Notes: a model not told the origin generated them from the sequence alone. Positions 50,675-62,255 are shown, counted from the first letter of the stretch. The stretch: DNA of 64,000 bases from Squalus acanthias (GCA_030390025.1 CM059432.1:10354001-10418000); one strand, 5' to 3'. Numbers and translations: made by a program.

Positions 50675-51835
50675 ATGGGGGCTGCAATGATTGGGGGCGT
50701 CGTCCTGCTCCAGCTGAATCGGAGGATAGTGAGACGCAGACAGAGAGTGGCAATGATGGCCAGACGGAGGAGGGCCATCAGGCGCATGTACAGGAGAGCT
50801 TACCCTCCCAGGGTATATCGTGAACAGCTCTCCTACATCCATATGTCCGAGGAGCTGTGTTTGCGAAGGCTGCGATTCAGCAAGGAGGTGGTCACTGAGC
50901 TCTGCCACCTGCTGCAGCCAGATCTGCAGCCTCAGCTGAGGTCCAGGACGTCTCTGTCGGTGGCAGTGAAGGTCACAGTGGCTTTGAACTTCTACGCCAC
51001 TGGCTCATTCCAAGCTGCTGTTGGGGACCTCGCCAATATCTCCCAGTTTGCGGTGCATCGCTGCATCCGGCAGGTCACCAATGCCCTCTTCAGAAGGAGA
51101 CGAGACTCCATCTCTTTCCCTATGACCCCAGACAAGCAGCGTGACTGTGCTCTGGGCTTTGCGAGGGTAGCGGGCTTCCCCATGGTGCAGGGCGCCATTG
51201 ACTGCACGCATGTGGCTTTGCGTGCTCCGCGAGAGAATGCAGAGGAATTCAGGAACAGGAAGGGGTTCCATTCCTTGAATGTGCAGTTGGTCTGTGACCA
51301 CAGACAGGTGATACTCGCTGTCAATGCCCACTATCCGGGCAGCTGCCACGATGCTTTCATCCTGCGCCAGACTACTGTGGCAGAAGTTTTCGAGGCACCG
51401 CATCAGCCAGTTGGTTGGCTTCTGGGGGACAAGGGGTACGCATTGAGCACCTGGCTGATGACACCGCTCCGTACGCCAAACACCCCTGCTGAGCTGCGGT
51501 ACAATGAAAGCCATCAAGCAACCAGGAACATTATTGAGCGCACAATCGGCGTGCTGAAACAACGGTTCCGCTGTCTGGACCATTCCGGAGGAGCCCTGCA
51601 GTACTCGCCTGAGCAAGTTTCGAACTTCGTAGTCGTGTGCTGCATGTTGCACAACATGGCAATCCTCAGGACCCAGCCAATGCCACCAGGCCTTGTAGCA
51701 CCACCAGAGGAGGAGGAGGAAGAGGAGGAAGAGGACGAGGACGATGATCATCAGCAGCACCAAGGCAGGAGGGCGGCCCACAATGGTCAAACTGCAAGGG
51801 CCGTCCGTCAACGACTAATAGCAAGCCGCTTCTAG
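50675..51835 (+). CDS. Harbinger DDE transposase (HARBI1-like), 386 aa
   Basis: Uninterrupted ORF with GAIDCTH, NRKGFHSLNVQLVCD, PGSCHD, LLGDKGY and RNIIERTIG; TATTTAAA upstream near 50472. Confidence 0.95.
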   Translation: MGAAMIGGVVLLQLNRRIVRRRQRVAMMARRRRAIRRMYRRAYPPRVYREQLSYIHMSEELCLRRLRFSKEVVTELCHLLQPDLQPQLRSRTSLSVAVKVTVALNFYATGSFQAAVGDLANISQFAVHRCIRQVTNALFRRRRDSISFPMTPDKQRDCALGFARVAGFPMVQGAIDCTHVALRAPRENAEEFRNRKGFHSLNVQLVCDHRQVILAVNAHYPGSCHDAFILRQTTVAEVFEAPHQPVGWLLGDKGYALSTWLMTPLRTPNTPAELRYNESHQATRNIIERTIGVLKQRFRCLDHSGGALQYSPEQVSNFVVVCCMLHNMAILRTQPMPPGLVAPPEEEEEEEEEDEDDDHQQHQGRRAAHNGQTARAVRQRLIASRF

Positions 51836-52129
51836 GGCCCCTGCCATTGCTACAAACACTAATCAACCCAGCACGCAACCCCTAAGCCGGCCAAGGCACC
51901 AATAATTCCAACCACCAGCCATGTATATTTTGAATACAGAAACTTATTTATTTTACAAACTCTGTGTGTGTCAATTCCTCATGACAAACTCATAGAAATA
52001 AACACAAAAAAACAGTCAATAACATAACTGGTTCTCACAACCTGGAGATAATGTCCAAAACACTAAACAAAAGTTGGACCATGAACCTCGGCCTTTAATA
52101 AAAAAATGACCAGTATTTTGGCACACCTC

Positions 52130-54114
52130 CTACTTTTTGCCCTTCGAGGGTGATCTCCTTCCCTTGCGCACTTCCCCCCTTCTAACCCTACTGCTCCTCC
52201 GTAATGGGACCTCAGTGGCTGCAGCAAGGCTGGTGGAAGGCTGCTGCTCGTCAGACCCTGACACTGCAGATGCCCCTGAAGGACGGCCTCGACCACTTCT
52301 GGGCCTGGAGGGCCCGGCTGCAGACTGCACCAACTCTGCATGGGCGGCAGCAGTCTGTCCTACAGGCGGTGGCAAGTGCAGTGGAGAAGTGACAGTGTTG
52401 GCAGCAGGAATGCTGTCATCGTGAGAGAGGACAGCAACTCCCTGCTCGCCCGACACACTGGCACTCCCACGGGGCAGCACTTCAGCATCCGGAGCAATTT
52501 GCCGGAGAACAGATTGCTGGCCTGCTGCGGCGCGGTGACAGCCCCGGGGACATGTGCACGAACCATCGAGGATGGCAGCAGTCAGTGCTCGCGTGGCCTC
52601 AATCTGAGTCTGCATGAGAGCAGTCTCAGATGGGTTCCTGGCAGCCAGTGACTGAATTGCAGCACTAAGCTTTAGTGTGGCATCCGCCTGTGCTACAGCG
52701 AAGTGCTCCACACTCCTTGCCAGTGACTCAATGCATTCGGGCACCCTTCCCACTGCACCCATGAGCTCAGTGTGCATGCCCACCGCCTGGCTGTTCATTT
52801 CTGCAATCAGCCGCTCCTCCTCTGCGTCCATTGCAGTAGGAGTGTCTGGCATACTCTCCCTCTGGGGAGAAGGCCCCCGTTCTTCCCTCCCCCCCCAATG
52901 GCGTTGCTGCAGCCCGCTGGGTCCTGGAGCTTCACCATCATCAGCCCCTTCCCCCCTGCTCCCCTCCGGGGAAGGCGTGTTCCCAGTGTGGGCATGGGTT
53001 TCCTCGGGAGAGGGTGGCACTGATGCTCCGGCTTCCTCTTCCTCCTCAGCTGCAGCATCACTCCCAGTGGCAGCTTCAGGGCCCGTCTCCTCAGCTGGTG
53101 AATCACCATCTGAAAGCAGGGAGGTACAAGAGTGGCTTTAGCGTGAGGACAGGGTGGCAGTAAGGGAGGAATAAGTGCAGCGAGTTAGCAAGTTGGATTG
53201 AAAGTGTCAACGGCTGGTATTGTGAGGGACAAGTGGAAGGACAGAGGACAAAAAGGTGATGACCTTACCATTGCTGTCCACAACGGGGTCGGCGTCTCCA
53301 GTGGCGACGGGACCGATCACCCGGCTTGCCACAATCCTGTGGACGCGCTCCTCCAGATCGCTGAGGGGTTGCAGCTGAAGCCGCCCTCCACCCGTCCGTT
53401 GCTGCTGTCTCCGATTATGAGCCAGCTTAGCCTGCAAGAAAAAGGACAGCATCTGAGTAAATATACAGCCATGGTCTTGCCTGATGTGCCTCCCATAGGT
53501 GAATAGCCCTTACAATATACAGCCATGGTCTTGCCTGATGTGCCTCCCATAGGTGAATAGCCCTTACAATATACAGCCATGGTCTTGCCTGATGTGCCTC
53601 CCATAGGTGAATAGCCCTTACTGTATGCAGCCATGGTCTTGCCTGATGTGCCTCCCATAGGTGAATAGCCCTTACTGTATACAGCCATGGTCTTGCCTGA
53701 TGTGCCTCCCATAGGTGAATAGCCCTTACTGTATGCAAAGTGTGGAATGTGTGTGTGTGTTTGATGAAAGGGCCATAGGTGTTGGATGAGTGTTGTGCAT
53801 TGGGGTTTTAAGACCCTCTGGCCATAGAGTGAGGTTGAGATGGAGGGATGGAGAGGTATTGAGAAAAAGCCACTCACCCTGACGACCCGAGTGAGGTCGT
53901 TGAACTTTTTGCGGCATTGAACATGGGTCCTGGGCACCATGCTCCTGGAGGAGACGCTCTGAGCCACCTCCCTCCACACTCTTCTGAACTCGCGTGGCAA
54001 AGGCCTCCTGCCACTCTCCGGGAACAGCATGCATCGTCTGCGCTCCACTGCGCCAACCAGAGCATCCAAGGCCCGCTCGGTGAAGCGATGAGCGCGTTCT
54101 CTCACCCTCTCCAT
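52130..54114 (-). CDS. Harbinger Myb/SANT-like DNA-binding protein; exons 54114-53878, 53431-53269, 53109-52130 (459 aa predicted)
   Basis: RFTERALDALV...W.EVA..V...RT..QCRKKFNDL trihelix domain; GT-AG junctions of phase 0 and 1 give one open frame ending in a basic tail. Confidence 0.88.
53462..53733. repeat. 54-bp tandem repeat, 5 copies, in Myb intron 1
   Basis: Unit TATACAGCCATGGTCTTGCCTGATGTGCCTCCCATAGGTGAATAGCCCTTAC(AA/TG). Confidence 0.95.
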
Positions 54115-55831
54115 GCTTGGCAGCAAAATGGATTACAGGTCTCTCCAGGCTGAGATTCAAGGCTGCAATGAGCAGGGTGTGGCTGGGGAGCAAGTGGCCC
54201 CCCCCGCTTTAAGAAGTGTCCGGCGCCATTGTGTCTGTGTTCCCTCGCTAACTGGCAGCACCTGCGCTGCGCTCGCGTGCTGAGTTAGCGCCTCACTCCT
54301 TGGCCTTTGCGCCTTAAGAGAGGTGTGCAGCGCCTAATTTAGCGCTCCACTCACCTCCCGGGGCGGTAAAAGTGAAGTTTCCTGTCCGTGCCGATAATTA
54401 GCGCCAGGCGCTAATATTTGCGTCCGGACGATATTTGCGCCCCAAATGGGGCGCGACCTAATTTCTACCCCTGAAGTGTTTAATTTCTGGGCCATTCTAT
54501 CCATAGTAACTCCTTGGGTCTGAACTTGGGGGTTGTGGGGCTTATGGTTCGCGGTATAATTCGGAAGACCAACCGGGTGGCATCCGGTCACGGCCGGGTT
54601 ACACAGTAATCCCGCTGGGGATGCTGCGCATCGGGTATAGGAGAAGACCTATTTGGCCTTGGTCTCTCTCTCTGTGGGATTACCCGCTAATCGACGGGCT
54701 GGGCAGGGACTATTGGCATAAGCTCCTGCCGTCCAAGGGAAACAACCCAAACCGGGGAGTTTTTGTGGCACAGGTCGACTCAAGGGAGAGTCATAGAAAC
54801 ACGAGGCACGCAAAAACACCCTACAAGCCGAGTTTTGGATGACTTCAAGTTTACGTAGGGTAGAAGGTGGGAGGCCAGCCAGGAGTGCATTGGAATAGTC
54901 AAGTCTAGAGGTAACAAAGGCATCGACGAGGGTTTCAGCAGCAGATGAGCTGAGGCAGGGGCGGAGACGGGCGATGTTACGGAGGTGGAAATAGGCGGTC
55001 TTAGTTATGCTGCAGATATGTGGTCGGAAGCTCAGTTCAGGGTCAAATATAACACCAAGGTTGCGAACAGTGTGGTTCAGACTCAGACAGATGCCAGGGA
55101 GAGGGATGAAGTCAGTGGCTAGGGAACGGAGTTCGTGGCGCAGACCAAAAACAATGGCTTCAGTCTTTCCAATATTTAATTGGAGAAAATTTCTGCTCAT
55201 CCAGTACTGGATGTCGGACAAGCAGCATGACAATTTAGAGGCAGTGGCTGGGTCGAGAGAGGTGGGGAGGAGATAGAGCTGAGTGTCATCAGCGTACATA
55301 TGGAAACTGAGGCTGTGTTTTCAGATGATGTCGCCAAGGGGCAGCATGTAGATGAGAAACAGGAGGGGGCCAAGGATAGATCCTTGGGGGACACCAGAGG
55401 TAACAATGCGGGAGTGGGAAGAAAAGCCATTGCAGGTAATTCTCTGGCTGCGATTAGATAGATAAGAATGGAACCAGGCGAGTGCAGTCCCACCCAGCTG
55501 GACGACGGTGGAGAGGCTTTGGAGGAGGATGGAGTGGTCAACCGTGTCAAAGGCTGCAGACTGGTCGAGAAGGACGAGTTTACCTTTGTCACAGTCACAA
55601 AGGATGTCATTTGTGACTTTGATGAGAGCCGTTTCGGTACTGTGGCAGGGGCGGAAACCTGATTGGAGGGATTCAAACATGGCGTTCTGGGAAAGATGGG
55701 CACGGATTTCGGAGGTGACAGCACGTTCAAGGACTTTGGAGAGGAAGGGGATGGGGCAGTAGTTTGCAAGGACAGAGGGGTCAAGGGTTGGTTTTTTGAG
55801 GAGACGGGTGATAACGGCAGATTTGAAGGAG

Positions 55832-56295
55832 AGAAAGACTTGCATTTATATAGCGCCTTTCACAACCACCGGACGTCTCAAAGCACTTTATAGTCAATGA
55901 CATACTTTTGAAGTGGAGTCACTGTTGTAATGTGGGAAACGCAGCAGCCATTTTGCGCACAGCAAGCTCCCACAAACAGCAATGTGATTATGACCAGATA
56001 ATCTGTTTTTGTTATGTTGGTTGAGGGATAAATATTGGCCCAGGACACCGGGGATAACTTCCCCTGCTCTTCTTCAAAATAGTGCCATGGGATATCTTTT
56101 ACGTCCACCTGAGAGGGCAGACGGGGCCTCGGTTTAACATCTCATCTGAAAGACAGCACCTCGGACAGTGCAGCACTCCCTCAGCACTGCACTGGAGTGT
56201 CAGTCCTAGCTTTACAGGCTCCAGTCTCTGGAGTGGGGCTTGAACCCACAGCCTTCTGACTCAGAGGCAAGTGAGCTACCCACTGAGCCACAGCC
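55832..56295 (-). mobile_element. Full-length Deu-domain SINE inside L2
   Basis: Reverse-complement match including the tRNA-like head. Confidence 0.88.
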
Positions 56296-57126
56296 ACAGA
56301 GGGGGACAGTACCTGAGGAGAGAGAACCGTTAACAATATCAGCTAACATGGGAGCCAGAAAATGAAGCTGGGTAGGTCAGCAGTTTAGTGGGAATAGGGT
56401 TGAGGGAGCAGGAAGTGGATCTCATGGACAAGATTATCGCGAGAGGTCATGAGGGGAGCTCGGAGAGAAACTGGAGAAAGATGCAAGTTCAGGGCTAGGG
56501 CAGGGGAGGAACCTTGGAGGAAGTTTGGCCCGTGGGCTAAGGGAAGAAAGGGAAGTGGCCAGAGGCAGCTGATCGGATGGTCTCAACCTTGGAGACAAAG
56601 AAATTGGGTCAATGCCAATACCTTGGATTTGTATAGCATCATTAACCAAATAAAATGTCCCAACGAATTTCACATAGGACAGAGCGGACTGAGTGGTAGT
56701 ACAAGAATTAGAAGAGTTGACCACTGAAAAGATTGTGAGGAAGACGGCAAAGGAAGCAGCAAAAGGTGAGTTTAGGACCCACCAAAAATCTGGAAATAAA
56801 AAGCTGGTATCAGTAATGGTGACCATGAAGATGGTGGTTTGTTGTAAAAACCCAACTGGTTCACTAATGTAGCTTTAGAGAAGAAAACCTGCCGTCTTTA
56901 CTTAGTCAGGCCTATATGTGACTCCAGTCCCACACCAATGTGGTTGACTCTGAAGTGGCCTAGCAAGCCGCTCAGTTATATCAAACCGTTAGAAACATAG
57001 AAGGCCCACCACCACCTTCTCAGGGCAACCAGCGTTGGGCAATAAATGCCGATCTGGTCAGCGACACCTAAATCCCGAGAATGAATTTTTTTTAAACTCT
57101 CTCCCTTCTTTGAAAAGCCTCTTGAG

Positions 57127-57252
57127 CACTTGTCCCTTCAATCTTAAACACTTGTCCCTTCAATCTTAAACACTTGTCCCTTCAATCTTAAACACTTGTC
57201 CCTTCAATCTTAAACACTTGTCCCTTCAATCTTAAAAACTTGTCCTTTAATC
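57127..57252. repeat. 22-bp tandem repeat, 5 full copies plus a partial
   Basis: Unit CACTTGTCCCTTCAATCTTAAA. Confidence 0.95.
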
Positions 57253-57914
57253 TTTCCCATCTCTTGATCAACGTACTTCTAGCCTCTTGTAAAGCACTCT
57301 GAGACGATTTGCACGTGAGGCTACTATATAATTGCGGGTTCTTGATCTTGTGTTCGATTTACCAAAATTTCTTGCTAAATTTTGCACTTCACAATTTTTT
57401 TTAGAAAAGAAAGCCTGTGGAGTGTTTCCTACAACCAGCACAATTCAGATGCAGTTGATTGATTTGAAAAGTTGTGTGAGATTTCCTCAAAATATCCATG
57501 AATGTGGATAGAGCAACAGGTAGTTTATACACACATATCGGACTGTCAGCAATCCCCATTCAACTTGAAGCGAGACTGGAAGTTAAAAGGATCAGTCCTT
57601 CCTCCGACATTGAAAGGTCAGAATGATTCACATTACCGGTTGTCAGTGTATTTCAAACACACAATCAAAGGAATCTGCAATGACCGCCAAGCCACAAGGA
57701 AGTACACCACAGTTCAAGAGATGGATATTGCAGCTTAGCTTAGCTTGACATCAATTGTCAATTGAAATACATTTTGTCTCCATCAATTAACCCTCTAACT
57801 GAACCCCCAGCACCCTTGATCTTAGCAATTCAGTTACACGGGAAATTCTGTAAAAATATCTCAACAATGGGAGACCACATTCACACTTGTAAAGTTTAAC
57901 GGTGGCATTTTGTG

Positions 57915-58840
57915 ATAGAATCATAGAATGATACAGCACAGAAGGAGGCCATTCGGCCCATCGTGCCTGTGCCGGCTCTTTGTAAGAGCTCTCCAATTAA
58001 TTCCACTCCCCTGCTCTTTCCCCCACAGCCCTGCAAATTTTTCCTCTTCACGTTTTTATCCAATTCCATTTTGAAAGTTATTATTGAATCTGCTTCTCCC
58101 GCCCTTTCAGACAGCGCGCTCCAGATCACAACTCGCTGTGTAAATTATTTTTCCTCCCGTCGCCTCTGGTCCTTTTGCCAATTATCTTAAATTTATGTCC
58201 TCTGGTTACCGCCCTAATTGCCACTGGAAACAGTTTCTCCTTATTTACTCTGTCAAAACCCTTCAAGATTTTGAACACCTCTATCAAATCTCCCCTTAAC
58301 TCTTACACTGTTCCAATGCAGCTCAACGTAAGCTCGAGGAACAGCACCTCATCTTTCGATTCGGCACTTTACAGCCTTCTGGACTCAACATCGAGTTCAA
58401 CAATTTCAGACCATAACCTCGGCCCCTATCATTTTTTTTCTCTCTCTCACATGGCAGTTGTCGATCATTCTGCCATTGCCATTTACACTTCATCTAGAGT
58501 CATCTTTTGTTTCTTAACTTGTCCCATTACCATCTCCTTTTGCCTTGCACCATCATCCCTTTTGTCTCTTAATCTCTCCTGCCTTCCATCCTATCACAGA
58601 CCTTCCCTTTTGTTCTTTCCTCCACGCCCCCCCCCCCCCACTTTCCCTGCCCCTACACTTGATTAAAAACCTGTTACATCTCCAACTTTTTCCAGTTCTG
58701 ACGAAGGGTCATCGACCTGAAACGTTAACTCTGTTTCTCTCTCTCCACAGATGCTGCCTGACCTGCTGAGTATTTCCAGCATTTTCTGTTTTAACTCCCC
58801 TTTGCTTTCTCTGCTCTAAGGAGAACAACCCCAGTTTCTC
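57915..58840. mobile_element. Minus-strand CR1 3' end, split by a plus-strand Penelope fragment (about 58300-58795)
   Basis: CR1 tail; the insert encodes AQRKLEEQHLIFRFGTLQPSGLNIEFNNFR. Confidence 0.82.
58694..58730 (+). ncRNA. Minimal type I hammerhead ribozyme motif
   Basis: AGTT-CTGACGA-a-GGGTC atc GACCT-GAAA-C GTT-AACT; stem II keeps pairing through a G-U. Confidence 0.68.
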
Positions 58841-59019
58841 TGATATTTTCTTATACAAAAGGCAGCAGGGTTATCTGAGGGAGAAAGAAAATGCAAATAC
58901 CCATGTTCTGAAATAATTCTTATTCCAAATCTTTTCACCAAGCTGCCAAGGATTTACACCCTTGGTCCTCCATGGTTTCTAGGTCTACGTTGCCGTGTGA
59001 ATGTGGCGGGCCTCCACTA

Positions 59020-59450
59020 CAAAGGTTGAGCAGGTTGGGCCTATACTCACTGGAGTTTAGAAGAATGAGAGGTGATCTTATTGAAACATATAAGATTCTG
59101 AGGGGGTTGGACAGAGCAGATGCAGGGAGGATGTTTCCCCTCGTGGGGGAATCTAGAACGAGGGGGCATAGTTTCAGAATAAGGGGTCGCCCATTTAAGA
59201 TGGAGATGAGGAGGAATTTCTTCTCTCAGAGGGTCGTGAATCTTTGGAATTCTCTACCACAGAGAGCTGTGGAGGCGGATTCATTGAATATATTCAAGGC
59301 GGAGATAGACAGATTTTTGAGCTACAGGGGAGTCAAGGGTTATGGGGTTGAGGCCAAGATCGGATCTGCCATGATCTTATTGAATGGCGGAGCAGGCTTG
59401 AGGGGCCGAATGGCCCACTCCTGCTCCGATTTCTTATGTTTCTTATGGTT
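59020..59450 (+). mobile_element. CR1 LINE 3' end
   Basis: LGLYSLEFRRMRGDLIETYK...QRVVNLWNSLPQ. Confidence 0.9.
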
Positions 59451-60812
59451 CTTATTACAGACCTGTCAGACGTGGGATAGAATTTATTGGGAACCGGCTG
59501 AAAATTACTAATTTCGTTGGGTGCATTTGAATACAAGCCTCCCACCCAGGTGTCAAGCCTGTAATCATCGGAGTGTGAGGCGTGCACCACAGAGCGACTT
59601 CTCCAATTAAGCAACTCACAGAGACTGAGCTTCTGTCAAGTAATGGGCTCCTTATTAAAACTATCATTTTCAAAGGGCTATGTCCTGTCTAAATATATTT
59701 TAATGTTCTATGCTGTCCGTGGGCTGCTTCACTGATGATTTTCTAATCGTGCCAAATTTCAGTCCCCCAAGGTTGAATATTTTAAACTTTCAGCTCCAAC
59801 ACAATAATCTAATATAGCATTTATTAATACGGTAATATAGCTACTCCAGATCTGTAATATTTTATCTCCGAAGAGTAAGACACTTATGATTTCAAATAAA
59901 AATAAACAATGATAAGCATGTCACTCTTGCTCCTTCTGTCTTTCCTCTCTTCCTTCTTTTCTTTATTATTTCTATTTCTGTGCTGGTACTTTAATTTTTG
60001 TTCTATTTAATATAATTTCTATCCCATCTAATGCTTTAATTTTTCTGTCTTTTTTTGCTGAAAACACATTATAGAATTAAACAGCACAGAAGGAGGCCGT
60101 TCGGCCCATCGTGCCTGTGTCGGCTCTTTGGTCGAGCTATCCAATTAGTCCCACTCCCCCCTGCTCTTTCCCCACAGCCCTGTCATTTTCTCCCCTCCAA
60201 GTTTATGTCCAATTCCCTTTTTGAAAGTTACTGTTGAATCTGCTTCCACCGCCCTTTCAGGCAGCGCATTCCAACTTGTTTTTCTCCAGCTCCAATGTGG
60301 AGTTGGGCCCTTACTTCCAAAAAGGTAGCCTCTGATTGTCTGAAACTCTGAAGGGAATTCTTTTCAACCAATCAAGTCTTAAGCACTCTGATGATTGACG
60401 TGGTTATGTCATCAGTGCAGCCAGGTCTATCTTTGATGTGATTTTCTGATGTCATATGGGCACGGCTACTTCTCAATGTGTCATCCCTTTAGTAACCTAA
60501 AAGGCGAGATTACAATCTGAAAAAACAACCCATTGCATTAAGAGTTAAGTCAGACTCCAGCCGTGTCCTGTTCAACTTATACAATCAGTAAAACTGCTAA
60601 GTTGACAACAAAATATGCAGCTTGATTTTGGCAATAAGGTAGAAAAGACTTGTATTTAATCAGCACCTTATCATGTTCTCAGAAGCATCTTAATGTGCCT
60701 CGCAGACAATGAGTGATTTTAAAGTGTAACCCCTGTTGTTATGTGAGCAAGTACAGCAGCCATTTTGAGCACATTGTGATCCCACAAAACAGCAATAAAA
60801 TTCAACACGAGG

Positions 60813-61859
60813 GGAGGCCGATTTTCCCCTGATACATTAGGCGCCAAAGAGCCTCCGAGATGGCCAAGATGGGGTCTTAAGCTGAAACGCCGGTTCAGCC
60901 CACATTTAGCGCAAGACGCCATCTTGGTAAAGGAGTTGAAGGGCGGGCTAGGAACGGCCGCCCAGAGGATCGTTAAACAGCTGATTGCCACTTAAAATGC
61001 CTGCTAGCGCTCATTAAGGAGGCAGCACGGTATTTTAGTGGCTAGCACTTGGCCTAACGCCCTCTCCTAACAGCGACCAGCTGATGGGGAGTAAACTAGT
61101 CGTTACAGACCATTTCGAGCGCTACTTAAAGGTATATCACCTTTGACTGTTCACTTGCTGCTGGAGGTTTGAAGAGGACTTTTGAAACACATTGGGAGAT
61201 TTTCTGGGACACTTTGTCAAGGCTTCACCGACACTCTAACAGCATTTATTCAGGAAATTCTCTGAGGACTTCACCTGAAAGGAGTGAGCACTGTGCTACT
61301 CTACCTTATTGGAGACCTTATAGGAGGCACTAGGAGAAAGTGAGATCTTGGTCATCAGCATCTTGCTCGGGGTTCCCCCCTTGGTCTGCAGGAGGAATGA
61401 GAGGAGGACACGAGGCCAGGCAGAGCAGCACCATCTGCTGCAGGAGAGAGGGACAGGAGTGCGAGGTGGGCGTCATTCTCCCCATGCGGGTACAGATCAT
61501 CCCTCCTCCTCTGGACCTCCTCCACCAGGACATCCAGTGCCACGTCCGAGAATCCGTGCATATTCTCACTCGGTCCCTGAGCCATCGTGAAACCTGCCGT
61601 TGTGTGTCAGCCAGCGCACTTCAGTGGAAGTGGGTGAGCGGAGCCCACATACACTGCACCACGAAAATTGCGTCTAATCAGCGCTTGAGGCTAAACCTGC
61701 AGGAGTCTCTGTTCTAGCACCTCCAGGCAAATTCAAATTATGGTAATCTGCAATTAAGACCAAAATTGTGTGATAAAACCAGACTTTCAAACAGGCATGT
61801 CTTATTAGCACAGCACCCATTCAGTGCCAGTTTTCACCCTTTCACCAAAATAACCCCCC
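60813..61859. mobile_element. Internally deleted Harbinger derivative (family B)
   Basis: Ends GGAGGCCGATTTT / AAAATAACCCCCC; TSD AGG; minus strand reads HGFSDVALDVLVEEVQRRRDDLYP. Confidence 0.82.
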
Positions 61860-61874
61860 AGGATCTTTTCTAGG

Positions 61875-62255
61875 AAGGAACATAGGAACAGGAGGAGGCC
61901 ATTCAGCCCCTTGAGCCTGTTCCACCATTCACTTAGAGCGAGGCTGATCTGTATCTTAATTCCATCTACCCGCCTTGGTTCCATAACAAACACATCAATC
62001 TCAGTTTTGAAATTTTCAATTGACCCCCCCAGCCTCAACAGCTTTTTGGGGGGAGAGAGTTCCTGATTTCCACCACCCTTTGTGTGAAGAAATGTTTCGT
62101 GACATCGCCCCCTGAACGGCCTGGCTCTAATTTTAAGGTTATGCCTTATTCTGGACCTCCCCACCAGAGGAAACAGTTTCTCTCTGTCCACCCTATCAAC
62201 TCCTTTAATTGTCTTATACACTTCAATTAGATCACCCCTTAATCTTCTATACTCA
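61875..62255 (-). mobile_element. CR1 LINE 3' end
   Basis: YKTIKGVDRVDREKLFPLV motif and CR1 3' UTR. Confidence 0.85.

Larger units (their letters stand above)
50163..54471. mobile_element. Autonomous-type PIF/Harbinger DNA transposon
   Basis: TIRs GGGATAAAAATT / AATTTCTACCCC; two convergent intact genes; no matching TSD seen. Confidence 0.93.
49451..54493. mobile_element. MITE (family E) hosting the autonomous Harbinger near its right end
   Basis: Ends GGCCCGAAAATT / AATTTCTGGGCC; reverse-complement homolog of 27528-28292; flanks AAT / ATT. Confidence 0.8.
45749..54825. mobile_element. Large TG..CA LTR-like element (about 3.1 kb net of nested insertions)
   Basis: Ends TGTAGGGT / ACCCTACA; 4-bp TSD AGCC; L2 sequence is continuous across it; no recognisable coding content of its own. 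Confidence 0.75.
44980..56605 (-). mobile_element. L2 LINE broken into four pieces (about 44980-45248, 45525-45748, 54826-55830, 56297-56605) by CR1, LTR-like and SINE insertions
   Basis: QSGFRP.HSTETAL, AAFDTVDH, VPQGSILGP, YADDTQLY, SRLDYSNALL and ITPVLADLHW motifs occur in order across the pieces. Confidence 0.88.

Noticed and set aside
50675..51835. Domesticated host HARBI1 (with NAIF1) gene
   Set aside because: The ORF lies within TIRs, has a convergent Myb partner, is nested in other repeats and has non-autonomous derivatives nearby.
53462..53733. CRISPR-like array
   Set aside because: Units are head to tail with no unique spacers, the context is eukaryotic, and there are no cas genes.
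53317..54126. 269-aa single-exon ORF with 18-aa repeats
   Set aside because: It is read-through of Myb exon 1 into intron 1; the spliced model with canonical junctions explains the locus better.
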